Part shown: positions 29,260 through 38,249 of the stretch, one piece after another
Layout: each line of letters opens with the position of its first letter
Position numbering within the stretch: the first letter of the stretch is position 1
NCBI GenBank assembly: GCA_039090665.1
Contig: JAWCSL010000006.1
Coordinates: 1-44,067, forward strand
Direction: 5' to 3'
DNA from: Candidatus Aenigmatarchaeota archaeon
Lineage (GTDB): Archaea; Aenigmatarchaeota; Aenigmatarchaeia; CG10238-14; SCSR01
Length of the DNA: 44,067 nt
Position numbers and translations under genes: made by a program
The notes under the pieces: generated by a model
Seen by the model: only the letters and a program-made list of their open reading frames with translations
Database searches by the model: none
Told to the model about the DNA's origin: nothing

Positions 29260-29952
29260 TTATTTATTTTCTAAAATATCACTAGAAATAGAAATTAATA
29301 TCGTATCTCTATAAACTTTTTTGCCCCTAATCCTTCCTGCCAATTTTCTAGTGATCTTAAGCTTTGCTTTGTATTTTGTCTTAAGTAACCTTGCCATTTC
29401 ATTCGCAGAATTCTTTGATCCCACAAAAACATCAAATCCGTTTTTGGTTTCCTCAAGTTTTGAAATGAAAGCAAGGTTGTCATATTGATTTAAATAACTC
29501 ATTTGTTTTTCTATTTCTTCTTTAATTTCTTGCAAGAACTCAGGTGGAGCTCTAACTTGTAATATTGCTTGAAAATAACCAGAAGCTTTCATTGAGCAAG
29601 CCTGGCAAATTATTTTCTTTATCACCAAATCCAGAACTTTCTCTTCTTTCTTTTCCAAATTGTTTATTTTCAAGAGTAAATTAAGGTAAAGTTTATTATC
29701 GCTTATTCTGTAAGAAATTGAAGTTAAGTCTTCTTCTTTCAAGAAGTTTTGCAGAAATGTTTCTATTAAATTTTCCATCGAACCACACGATTTGTTTAGG
29801 AAAAATTTTCCACACAACTTACATTCTTTAACTAAAATTTTTGCTGGAATTTTTTCAGCAAAAGAAAATCTTGATAAAAAACATGATTCACAAAAACCTT
29901 CATACAGTTTTTCAGTTCTTTTCCCACACCTTGGGCAAAATTTTTCTCTCAT
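29260..29952 (-). CDS. nmd3: NMD3-family protein, short form
   Basis: FCPRCG, C..C, CKLC, CQAC, YFQAILQVR, G.D...GS and YR.TI motifs. Confidence 0.85.
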   Translation of the reverse strand: MREKFCPRCGKRTEKLYEGFCESCFLSRFSFAEKIPAKILVKECKLCGKFFLNKSCGSMENLIETFLQNFLKEEDLTSISYRISDNKLYLNLLLKINNLEKKEEKVLDLVIKKIICQACSMKASGYFQAILQVRAPPEFLQEIKEEIEKQMSYLNQYDNLAFISKLEETKNGFDVFVGSKNSANEMARLLKTKYKAKLKITRKLAGRIRGKKVYRDTILISISSDILENK

Positions 29953-30005
29953 AAAAAGAAAGTTATTTTTAAATTAGTTAAGTTTGAAATAGAATTTGAG
30001 AAAAA

Positions 30006-30100
30006 GCCTCGTTAGCTCAACGGTAGAGCATCCGAAGAGCTACAAAGCTCTGGTGAACCTTGTAAGCGGAGGGTTGTGGGTTCGAATCCCACACGAGGCT
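30006..30100 (+). tRNA. tRNA-Thr(UGU) with 23-nt intron at 30/31 (30035-30057)
   Basis: Acceptor GCCTCGT/ACGAGGC; stem TCCGC/GCGGA after splicing; strict BHB (CATC:GGTG, AGAGCT:AGCTCT, GAG:CTT). Confidence 0.93.
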
Positions 30101-31138
30101 TTATTTTTTAAGAAAATCTACATCAAGCCAACCAGCAATTTTTGTCAACCCAAAATTTCTGACAATAGAAAAAGCTGTTGGTGAGGAAAAATTGGAAAAA
30201 ATCCATTTTAAAATCAAGCCTTTTCTTATCGGCCAAATCAATTTTTCTTTCCACTTTTTGTCATAATTTTCTATGAAAAATTTTTCGGAAAAATTCTCTT
30301 CTTCTAGAGCTTTAACAATAGCTTTTCCGGCAACTTCTGAACAAATTTTATTATAAACTAAGCCTCCACCAGAAAAAGGTTTTATCTGACAAGCAGAGTC
30401 GCCAACCAAAAGTACATTACCTTTAACTGATTTTTCAATTATTCCAAATCTCAAAACATCTCCAATCTTCTCGTGAAATTCTATTTTCCCAAATCTCTTT
30501 TTCAAAAAGGTTTCTAAATAATTGTTTGGATTTTTGTTTGACATCAACCCTACTCTTGCTATTTTTTCATTTTCAGGGACAATCCATGCAAACCCTGAAG
30601 GAGCAATGTTTGAACCAAAATGAAGTTCCACACTATTATCATCAAAAGTTGATTTCACTTTAACTTGCAAAGCAAAAAACAAATTTTCAGGTTGTTTTAT
30701 TCTAGCCTTCTTTGCAACACTTGAATTTGGTCCATCTGCTCCAACCAAAATTTTCGTTTGAAATTTTCCTTTGGTTGTGAATATTATGCCGTTTTTTAAG
30801 TCAATGAATCTTGTTGATGTCTTTATCTCGGCCCCAGCTTTTTTCGCTCTTTCCGCAAGCCATAAATCATAATTTCTCCTATCCAGGACAAACATTGGTT
30901 CTTTTGAATCAATCTCAAAAAAGTTTTCACCACAAAAAAATCTTGCTTTCTCAATTTTATTCAAGATTATGCTTTTTGGAATTTTACCAATTCTTTTGCT
31001 CACCAAACCAGTACATTGAACAGGCTCCCCTATTTTTGGATGTTCTTCCAAAATTAAAACTTCATATCCTTCCCTAGCTATAATTTCAGCTGTTCTACAG
31101 CCAGACGGTCCAGCACCAACCACAACACAGTCAAACAA
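30101..31138 (-). CDS. geranylgeranyl reductase family flavoprotein
   Basis: VVGAGPSG, PVQC.G, VGADG..S, FAWIVP and LVGD.A.Q.KP.SGGG motifs; TTG start. Confidence 0.85.
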   Translation of the reverse strand: MFDCVVVGAGPSGCRTAEIIAREGYEVLILEEHPKIGEPVQCTGLVSKRIGKIPKSIILNKIEKARFFCGENFFEIDSKEPMFVLDRRNYDLWLAERAKKAGAEIKTSTRFIDLKNGIIFTTKGKFQTKILVGADGPNSSVAKKARIKQPENLFFALQVKVKSTFDDNSVELHFGSNIAPSGFAWIVPENEKIARVGLMSNKNPNNYLETFLKKRFGKIEFHEKIGDVLRFGIIEKSVKGNVLLVGDSACQIKPFSGGGLVYNKICSEVAGKAIVKALEEENFSEKFFIENYDKKWKEKLIWPIRKGLILKWIFSNFSSPTAFSIVRNFGLTKIAGWLDVDFLKK

Positions 31139-31195
31139 GAAAACCTACCAAAGCAAATATAGAAATACAAAAATTTAAAAAAACAAAAATTTGTT

Positions 31196-31900
31196 CTATT
31201 TACCAAAATTTCTTTGAACAGAATTATACCATTTTATTGCTTTAATCAACTCTTTTTTAGAGAAATCTGGCCAAAGAGTTTTTGTAGTGTAGATTTCAGC
31301 ATAAGCTGCCTGGATTAACATAAAATTTGAAAGTCTGGAATAGCCTCCTGTCCTGATCACAAGATCAAGAGGAACTGGAACGAGCAAATTAGCTTCTATA
31401 TCTTTTTCTGTTATCTCTATTCTACCAAGCTTAATTGCTTTTTCTGCAATTTTCTTTATTGCTTGTGTTAATTCAAACTTACTTCCATAAGCAATCATTA
31501 TGTTTAAAATTCTTTTCTGATATTTTGCAGTTTTTTGCATTATTTTCCCCATAAGTTTAACTAGTTTTGGAGGCAATTTTTCCAAATCACCAACAAACCT
31601 TACTTTGACTTGATATTTGTCTAAAAAACTCCCTTCTTTCTTTTCCCATTTTTCAAAATATTCGTAAAATAGCTTGAATATTTCTTCCAGTTCTCTTTTT
31701 GGTCTATTCAAATTTTCTGTAGATAAAACATAAGCTGAGATTTGTGGTATTCCAAGTTCTAAACACCATCGCAAAAAGTTTTCGAAATTTTTTGCACCAT
31801 ATTTATGACCTTCCCATGGTTGTAAGCCATGAAGCTTGGCCCATCTTCTGTTCCCATCTAAAATTATGCCCAAATGATTTGGAACTTTCAAACCATTCAT
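31196..31900 (-). CDS. uppS: cis-prenyltransferase (undecaprenyl/dolichyl diphosphate synthase)
   Basis: HLGIILDGNRRWA, STEN..R, IRTGG..RLSNF, WPDF and RNFG motifs. Confidence 0.95.
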   Translation of the reverse strand: MNGLKVPNHLGIILDGNRRWAKLHGLQPWEGHKYGAKNFENFLRWCLELGIPQISAYVLSTENLNRPKRELEEIFKLFYEYFEKWEKKEGSFLDKYQVKVRFVGDLEKLPPKLVKLMGKIMQKTAKYQKRILNIMIAYGSKFELTQAIKKIAEKAIKLGRIEITEKDIEANLLVPVPLDLVIRTGGYSRLSNFMLIQAAYAEIYTTKTLWPDFSKKELIKAIKWYNSVQRNFGK

Positions 31901-31977
31901 ATAATCACTGTTTTTCAAAATAAATTTTTAAATACATAATAAATACTTTTAGAGTTTAGGTAAAATTTAAAAATAAT

Positions 31978-32080
31978 GGGGTCGTCGTCTAACCAGGCAG
32001 GACAGCAGGCTCCAGTTTCATGGAGCTCGGATAAAAGATGAAGAAACCTGTATGTGGGGGTTCAAATCCCCTCGACCCCA
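31978..32080 (+). tRNA. tRNA-Trp(CCA) with 30-nt intron at 37/38 (32016-32045)
   Basis: Acceptor GGGGTCG/CGACCCC; stem GCAGG/CCTGT; T-loop TTCAAAT. Confidence 0.92.
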
Positions 32081-32725
32081 CTACTTTTCAATCAATTCAA
32101 CAAAAACCACAGGTCCAAGATTTTTCTTTTTAATTTTTCCATCTTTTGTTTTCTCCAAACAAATTAAATCTTGGCTATAAGGTGGTCCTAATGGTGTGAC
32201 CAAAATTCCTCCAGGTTTAAGCTGATCGACCCAAGCTTTCGGTATTCTTTCTCTTGGAGCTGCACTCGAAACTATTTTGTCGTAAGGAGCAAATTCTGGT
32301 AAACCTTTTGAACCATCTCCCAGTACAAGCTTAACTTTATTCCAATAACCAGTTTTTTTCAAATTCTTTTTGGCAAATTCATAAGTCTCAGGGATTATTT
32401 CTATACCATAAACTTCTCCCTTTTCTCCAACAATTTCTTTCATATAAGCCAATAAGATTCCTGAGCCAGCACCGATTTCAAGGACTTTTTCCCCAGGTTT
32501 GAGATTTAAAACTGAGAGAAAAATAGCATGCATGTGCTCTGCTGAAATAGTCATGTTACCTGGAATTGGTAATGGTACATTAGAGTAAGCTTTATCTCTA
32601 TATTCTGGAAGAACAAAATCCTCTCTCTTGACTTTTAACATTGCTGCCTTGACAGCAGGATATTTTATGTAACCACAATTCTCCAAGAATTGAACCATTT
32701 CTTTTCTTTGTTTGTCCAAGTCCAC
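32081..32725 (-). CDS. pcm: protein-L-isoaspartate O-methyltransferase
   Basis: R..FV, TISA.HM, VLEIGAGSG, GDGS.G...APYD and QLK.GG motifs. Confidence 0.92.
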   Translation of the reverse strand: MDLDKQRKEMVQFLENCGYIKYPAVKAAMLKVKREDFVLPEYRDKAYSNVPLPIPGNMTISAEHMHAIFLSVLNLKPGEKVLEIGAGSGILLAYMKEIVGEKGEVYGIEIIPETYEFAKKNLKKTGYWNKVKLVLGDGSKGLPEFAPYDKIVSSAAPRERIPKAWVDQLKPGGILVTPLGPPYSQDLICLEKTKDGKIKKKNLGPVVFVELIEK

Positions 32726-32757
32726 ATTTAATATTTGTAAAAAAATAAATTCATTTT

Positions 32758-33576
32758 ATGCAAACTCCTGCACAAATTGTTAAAAAGATAAAATCTGTGA
32801 AAGTCCAGGGAGCAAAAGAAATAGCTCTTTATTCTCTAAAATATTTGAGAAAATTTTGTGAGAAAAATGGTTTTGGGCTGAAATTTGAAGTTGTTGCAAT
32901 GATGCTTGAAAATGCTAGACCAACAGCTGTAGTTTTGCACAATTGTTTAGAAATCTTGAAAAAAGAAAAGAAACTCAAAACAATTGATAAACTTATAAAA
33001 GAGTTGGAAAATTCGAGCAAAAAGATTGCAATAATCGGACAAAAAATCATAAGAGATGGGCAAAAAATTTTAACTCATTGCCACTCTGGAGAAGCTTTAG
33101 GAATAATAAAAGAAGCTGCAAGGCAAGGAAAAAAAATATCTGTTTATGCAACTATAACAGAGCCTTTGAAGCAAGGCATAAGAACAGCAAAGGAACTAGC
33201 AAAGGAAAAGATTCCTGTAACTTTGGCAGAAGATATAGCTGTGGGTCATTTAATGCATTACGCTGATATTGTTATTGTTGGTTCTGATGCTATGAGGAAA
33301 GAAGGTTTTGTTAACAAAGTTGGTACTTGGCTTATAGCAGAAGAAGCCAAGAGACATAAAAAGCCTTTTTATGTTGTTGGTAGTCATTTTAAGTTTGATT
33401 CGAGGAAAAAATTGGTTTTAGAAGAGAGGCCTGTCTCAGAAATTTTACTAAAACCAATAAAAGGAGTTAAGGTAAGAAATCCTGCTTTTGATCTCGTGCC
33501 CTGGAATTATGTTACTGCTGTTATCACAGACAAAGGAATTTTTAAACCAGAAAAGATTAAGGAGATGATAAGATGA
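32758..33576 (+). CDS. ribose-1,5-bisphosphate isomerase (eIF2B alpha/beta/delta family)
   Basis: LTHCHS, VG.D, NKVGT and NPAFD..P motifs; adjacent to RuBisCO and AMP phosphorylase. Confidence 0.85.
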   Translation: MQTPAQIVKKIKSVKVQGAKEIALYSLKYLRKFCEKNGFGLKFEVVAMMLENARPTAVVLHNCLEILKKEKKLKTIDKLIKELENSSKKIAIIGQKIIRDGQKILTHCHSGEALGIIKEAARQGKKISVYATITEPLKQGIRTAKELAKEKIPVTLAEDIAVGHLMHYADIVIVGSDAMRKEGFVNKVGTWLIAEEAKRHKKPFYVVGSHFKFDSRKKLVLEERPVSEILLKPIKGVKVRNPAFDLVPWNYVTAVITDKGIFKPEKIKEMIR

Positions 33577-34796
33577 AGTATTTGGACTATGTTGACTTGA
33601 AGTATGAACCAAGAAAAGATGATGTGGTTTGTCTTTTTAGAGTTGAGCCTGAAGAGGGAATCGAGATAAAGGAAGCTGTAGGTGCTGTTGCAGCCGAAAG
33701 CAGCATAGGCACTTGGACTGAAACCACAACTACAAAACCTTATGTTGAAAGACTTGCAGCTAGAGTTTTTGAAATAAATGGAAATTTCATAAAAATAGCT
33801 TATCCTTTAGAGCTTTTTGAACCAGGAAATTTGCCAAACATTTTGAGCAGCATAGCTGGAAATATTTTTGGTATGAAGCATTTGAAAAACTTGAGGCTTC
33901 TTGATGTCGTATTTCCTGAAAAAATTTTGAAAAGTTTTAAAGGCCCAAAGTATGGGATAGTTGGAATAAGAAAAATTTTTAAAGTAAAAGATAGGCCTTT
34001 GGTAGGGACTATAATTAAACCAAAAGTTGGTCTTAAGAGCAAAGACCATGCAAAAGTTGCTTATGAAGCCTGGGTTGGTGGTTGTGATATTGTAAAAGAT
34101 GATGAAAACTTGAGCAATCAAAAATTCAACAAGTTTGAAGAAAGGTTGGAAAAAACTTTCAAGATGAAAGAAAAAGCTGAAAAAGAGACTGGAGAAAAGA
34201 AAGCTTACATGATAAACATAACAGCCGAAACTGAAGAAATGTTAAGAAGAGCAAAGCTTGTTGAAAAAATCGGTAATGAATATGTGATGGTTGATATCAT
34301 AACAGTTGGCTGGGCTTCCTTACAAACTCTAAGGAAAAAAGAATTTGATTTGGTGCTTCATGCTCATAGGGCTGGGCATGCAGCGATGACGAAAAATCCA
34401 AAGCATGGAATTTCTATGAAAGTTTTGGCCAAGCTTGTAAGAATGATTGGTTTAGATCAACTTCATGTTGGAACAGTTGTTGGAAAGATGTTTGAAGGAA
34501 AGGAAGAAGTTTTGGAAAATTGTAAGGTTTTGAAAGAAAAAATGGGGAAATTTAAGCAAGTGATGCCTGTAGCTTCTGGTGGTCTTTCCCCATTTCATGT
34601 GCCAAAAATAATCGAAATTTTTGGAAAAGATGTGGTAATTCAAGCTGGGGGTGGAATTCACGGCCATAAACTTGGGACAAGAAGTGGAGCAATTGCCATG
34701 AGACAAGCGATTGAAGCTGTGGAAAAAGGAATTCCTTTGGAAGAATATGCGGCAACTCACAAAGAGCTTAAGATTGCTTTGGAGGAATTGAAATGA
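33573..34796 (+). CDS. rbcL: form III RuBisCO large subunit
   Basis: AAESSIGTWT, GTIIKPK.GL, GCDIVKDDE, HAHRA.H, GT.VGKM, SGG and GGGIHGH motifs. Confidence 0.96.
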   Translation: MKYLDYVDLKYEPRKDDVVCLFRVEPEEGIEIKEAVGAVAAESSIGTWTETTTTKPYVERLAARVFEINGNFIKIAYPLELFEPGNLPNILSSIAGNIFGMKHLKNLRLLDVVFPEKILKSFKGPKYGIVGIRKIFKVKDRPLVGTIIKPKVGLKSKDHAKVAYEAWVGGCDIVKDDENLSNQKFNKFEERLEKTFKMKEKAEKETGEKKAYMINITAETEEMLRRAKLVEKIGNEYVMVDIITVGWASLQTLRKKEFDLVLHAHRAGHAAMTKNPKHGISMKVLAKLVRMIGLDQLHVGTVVGKMFEGKEEVLENCKVLKEKMGKFKQVMPVASGGLSPFHVPKIIEIFGKDVVIQAGGGIHGHKLGTRSGAIAMRQAIEAVEKGIPLEEYAATHKELKIALEELK

Positions 34797-35068
34797 TGAA
34801 AAATTTTTTAATTTTACTGTTTTTTGGAATAGCTTTTTCCATTATCGCTTTTCACAAGTTAACAAGAAACATTTGTATTTTTGATTCAGAATGTGAATGG
34901 AAAATAACGAACTGTTGTTCTGAAAATGCTGGAGCTAAGTGGGAGTGTATGAACAAGAAAACTTTTGTTGAACCGGAATGTCCAAAATATGTGATATGTC
35001 CAAAAATTTTATCTCCAAAACCAAATTTATCATGTAAGTGTGAAGAAGGAAAGTGTGTGATAAGATGA
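34793..35068 (+). CDS. small secreted Cys-rich protein
   Basis: Signal/TM followed by 10 Cys; ATGA overlaps with both neighbours. Confidence 0.7.
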   Translation: MMKNFLILLFFGIAFSIIAFHKLTRNICIFDSECEWKITNCCSENAGAKWECMNKKTFVEPECPKYVICPKILSPKPNLSCKCEEGKCVIR

Positions 35069-36609
35069 TGCTAAAAGCAAAAATTTTGGAACTTGAAACA
35101 GGAGGAAAACCAATAGTAATAGTTAACAAGGAAGATGCTGAAGATCTTGGCATAAGAGGGCTTTCTAGGCTTGTCATCAAAACTAAAGAAAGAAAACTAA
35201 CAGGAATAGTGAACATAACAACAAGTATTGTTGAAAAAGGAGAAATTGGGCTGAGTGAAAGTGTAGCAAAAACTTTGAACTTAGCTGGTGGGGAAGAAGT
35301 TGAGGTTGAAGTTGCAAAGTTTCCTTCTTCATTACAACACATCAAGAACAAGATTAAAGGCAAAAAACTAAGCTATGAAGAAATTTTTGAAATAGTGAAA
35401 GATACTGTTGAAGGAAATTTGAGTGAAGGTGAAATAGCTTCTTTTGTTGTTGCTTTAGAAGCTAAAGGCTTGGATTTGGATGAAGCTGCTAGCTTGTCTT
35501 TAGCGATGGTTGAAACTGGAAAGAAGCTTGAACTCAAAAAGAAAATCATAGTTGATAAACATAGCATTGGGGGAATAGCAGGAGATAAAACTACTTTGCT
35601 TGTTGTGCCGATAGTTGCTGCTGCTGGTTTGGCAATACCAAAAACTTCTTCCAGAGCAATAACAGGAGCCGCTGGCACTGCTGATAGAGCTGAAGCTTTA
35701 ATGCCTGTCAATTTGAGAATAGAAGAGATGAAGAAAGTTGTGGAAAAAACAAATGGATGCATAGTATGGGGAGGAGCTTTGCATTTAGCTCCTGCTGATG
35801 ATGTTTTCATTCAAGCAGAATATCCTTTAACTATAGATCCTTTACTCTTACCTTCTATTATGGCGAAGAAAAAAGCAGTTGGATCGAAGTTTTTAGTTGT
35901 AGACATACCAACAGGGAGAGGAGCAAAAACAAAAACTATAGGAGATGCTAACTTGCTTGCAAAAGATTTCATCGAGCTTGGAACAAGACTAGGAATAAAA
36001 ACTCAATGTGCAATCACTGATGGTGAACAGCCCATTGGATATGCTGTTGGCCCTGCCTTGGAAGCAAGAGAAGCCTTAGAAGTTTTAATGAGAAGGAAAA
36101 ATGTTCAAGATCTTGTAGATAAAGCTGCTCATCTTGCTGGAATTTTGTTTGAGATGGTTGGAAAGAGGAATGGATACAAACTTGCTCTTGAAATTTTGAA
36201 TTCAGGAAAAGCTGAAAAAAAGATGAGAGAAATTATTGCAGCTCAAGGCGGATGTGAAAAAATAACTCCTGAAGAAATACAAGTTGGTGAAAATAAGTTA
36301 GATATAATTGCTGAAAGAGATGGAATAGTTTTATGGTTGAATAATGCTGGAATAAATGAAGTTGCAAGAGCTGCTGGCTCTCCAAAAGATAGAGGAGCTG
36401 GTGTTTTGCTTTACAAGAAACTAAATGACAAAGTTTCTAAAGGAGAAAAATTGTTGACAATATATGCTGAAAAATCAAGAAAACTGGAAAGAGCTAAAGA
36501 AGTTTTTGAAGAAAACAATGTAATTGGTGTTGGTGATAGAAGAGAGATGTTGATTCAAGAAGTGAAAGAAGTACCACTACACAAAAAGACCTTCATTCTT
36601 GAAAGGTAA
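35065..36609 (+). CDS. AMP phosphorylase (thymidine phosphorylase family)
   Basis: N-terminal double-psi-barrel extension; DKHSIGG, PKTSSRAIT..AGTAD, APADD and GPALEA motifs. Confidence 0.93.
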   Translation: MMLKAKILELETGGKPIVIVNKEDAEDLGIRGLSRLVIKTKERKLTGIVNITTSIVEKGEIGLSESVAKTLNLAGGEEVEVEVAKFPSSLQHIKNKIKGKKLSYEEIFEIVKDTVEGNLSEGEIASFVVALEAKGLDLDEAASLSLAMVETGKKLELKKKIIVDKHSIGGIAGDKTTLLVVPIVAAAGLAIPKTSSRAITGAAGTADRAEALMPVNLRIEEMKKVVEKTNGCIVWGGALHLAPADDVFIQAEYPLTIDPLLLPSIMAKKKAVGSKFLVVDIPTGRGAKTKTIGDANLLAKDFIELGTRLGIKTQCAITDGEQPIGYAVGPALEAREALEVLMRRKNVQDLVDKAAHLAGILFEMVGKRNGYKLALEILNSGKAEKKMREIIAAQGGCEKITPEEIQVGENKLDIIAERDGIVLWLNNAGINEVARAAGSPKDRGAGVLLYKKLNDKVSKGEKLLTIYAEKSRKLERAKEVFEENNVIGVGDRREMLIQEVKEVPLHKKTFILER

Positions 36610-36634
36610 AAAATAAAGAAAAGGAGAGGAAACT

Positions 36635-36916
36635 TTACTTTCCAAGGGTTATGGTAATCGTTGAAACATTGATCTTCGTCTTGTCCTCCAACTCTTTTTC
36701 TTCTGTTCCTATTTCTATGTTCTTCACTTTTGCATCTGGGATAAACCTTCTTGTAACTATTTCTGCAACATCTACTGCTCTTGAAATTGCTTTTCCTCTA
36801 GCTTTTATGTGCACTTCTTTCTTGCCATTGTTGAACTGAGTTATCACTGCTAGCACGTAAGCCATGGAGGGTTTTTTACCGACGAAGATCACATTGTCTT
36901 CTGATTTTTCTGCCAT
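36635..36916 (-). CDS. albA: DNA/RNA-binding protein Alba
   Basis: IFVGKKP.M.YVLA and [15 protein letters not shown] motifs. Confidence 0.96.
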   Translation of the reverse strand: MAEKSEDNVIFVGKKPSMAYVLAVITQFNNGKKEVHIKARGKAISRAVDVAEIVTRRFIPDAKVKNIEIGTEEKELEDKTKINVSTITITLGK

Positions 36917-36997
36917 TTAATCACACACCTCCTGTGTTTTTCAATTGTTTTTGTTTGAAAGATTATTTAAATTTAGTGTAGAAATATTTAAAAGCTT

Positions 36998-38248
36998 TTA
37001 TTCACAGCCTGTACACCAGTTTCCTGGAGGACAAACGCAAACACCATTTGATTCTATACAATCCCCCTCATCATAGCAATTCATTGATCTTAACTTGACC
37101 ATTGTGTGCACACTGAATATCAAATATCTATCTCCCAAAACTGAAAGCAAATATTTTTTATCTGTACAAGAAAAGACAGCTTCCATCGATCCTTTTGTTT
37201 CAAACCAGACTTTACATTTTTTGGTTGAACATGAATCGGAGAAATAAATCTTGTTTTTTGATTTGGGGAAAAATAGATTTGAATTTGGAAGAAAATAACT
37301 AAAGCTTTGAGTTTGTGTCCTTTCTGAAAGAATAGATTTAGAACACAATTCGCCAGGCTTTTCTATAAAACAGCTTCTGCAAGCAGGAGCATCTTCCCAA
37401 TCAATACATTGTGGTATGCCAGAGCATGGTTCAAGTTCATGATAGCAGCCTATCAATTTTGCTGTGCATGTAACATATTCATCAAATGAGTTTTGTAGAG
37501 CTTTTCTTGCAGTTTCGACCAAATTTTCCAAACACGATTGAAATCCAGGGCAAGTTGACGAACAAGGCTGACAGCCGCCTACATAATTAGAATTTCCACA
37601 AGCACAAATTCGTGATAAGCAATTGCATGTGCCTCCAACTAAAATTCCTGTTCCAACAGGTGCCCATTCTCTGAATTTTCTATACATGTACCAAAATCTA
37701 TTCTGTGCTATTTCTTCGTAAACTTCATTTGAAGATGTTACTAAATTTTCATCAAGAGTTATGTTAGTTTTGCTTCCGTAAGCACCAACATTGAATTTTT
37801 CATCATTTTTCCCGGAAAGAACTGAATTTTCATTCACATCATAATCAACACAAGTAGAGTTTGTTATATTTATTATTGGTAAATCTTGAAGTTTGAAATT
37901 GTTCAGATATTTGTTTAAACTTAATTTTGTTTCTTCTGAAAGGAAAAATCTTACTTCATCCACTTTTGGCGAAATTTCGGTATTGCAAATCCAGCTTCTT
38001 GGAAAGCCTGTGTCGCTTGTCTGACCACCTTGACCTGCAATATATTTTGTTTCTGCGTGAACTGCAAATATAAGAGCATTTCTTGTGAATCCTTTAACAT
38101 AATCTAAGTATTTTGAGATTTTTGAGATTAATGTCTCCTGGACGAGCCTTTGTGATGAGGTTGTAGTCAAAAATGTTGATAAAAGCCAAAGAATGAAGAA
38201 AGTCCCTAAGAGAAAAACCAATACCAACAAACTTGATTGAGATTTCAT
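36998..38248 (-). CDS. Cys-rich surface protein with class III-like signal
   Basis: MKS-QSS followed by a hydrophobic helix; many Cys in the C-terminal half. Confidence 0.65.
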   Translation of the reverse strand: MKSQSSLLVLVFLLGTFFILWLLSTFLTTTSSQRLVQETLISKISKYLDYVKGFTRNALIFAVHAETKYIAGQGGQTSDTGFPRSWICNTEISPKVDEVRFFLSEETKLSLNKYLNNFKLQDLPIINITNSTCVDYDVNENSVLSGKNDEKFNVGAYGSKTNITLDENLVTSSNEVYEEIAQNRFWYMYRKFREWAPVGTGILVGGTCNCLSRICACGNSNYVGGCQPCSSTCPGFQSCLENLVETARKALQNSFDEYVTCTAKLIGCYHELEPCSGIPQCIDWEDAPACRSCFIEKPGELCSKSILSERTQTQSFSYFLPNSNLFFPKSKNKIYFSDSCSTKKCKVWFETKGSMEAVFSCTDKKYLLSVLGDRYLIFSVHTMVKLRSMNCYDEGDCIESNGVCVCPPGNWCTGCE

Positions 38249-38249
38249 G

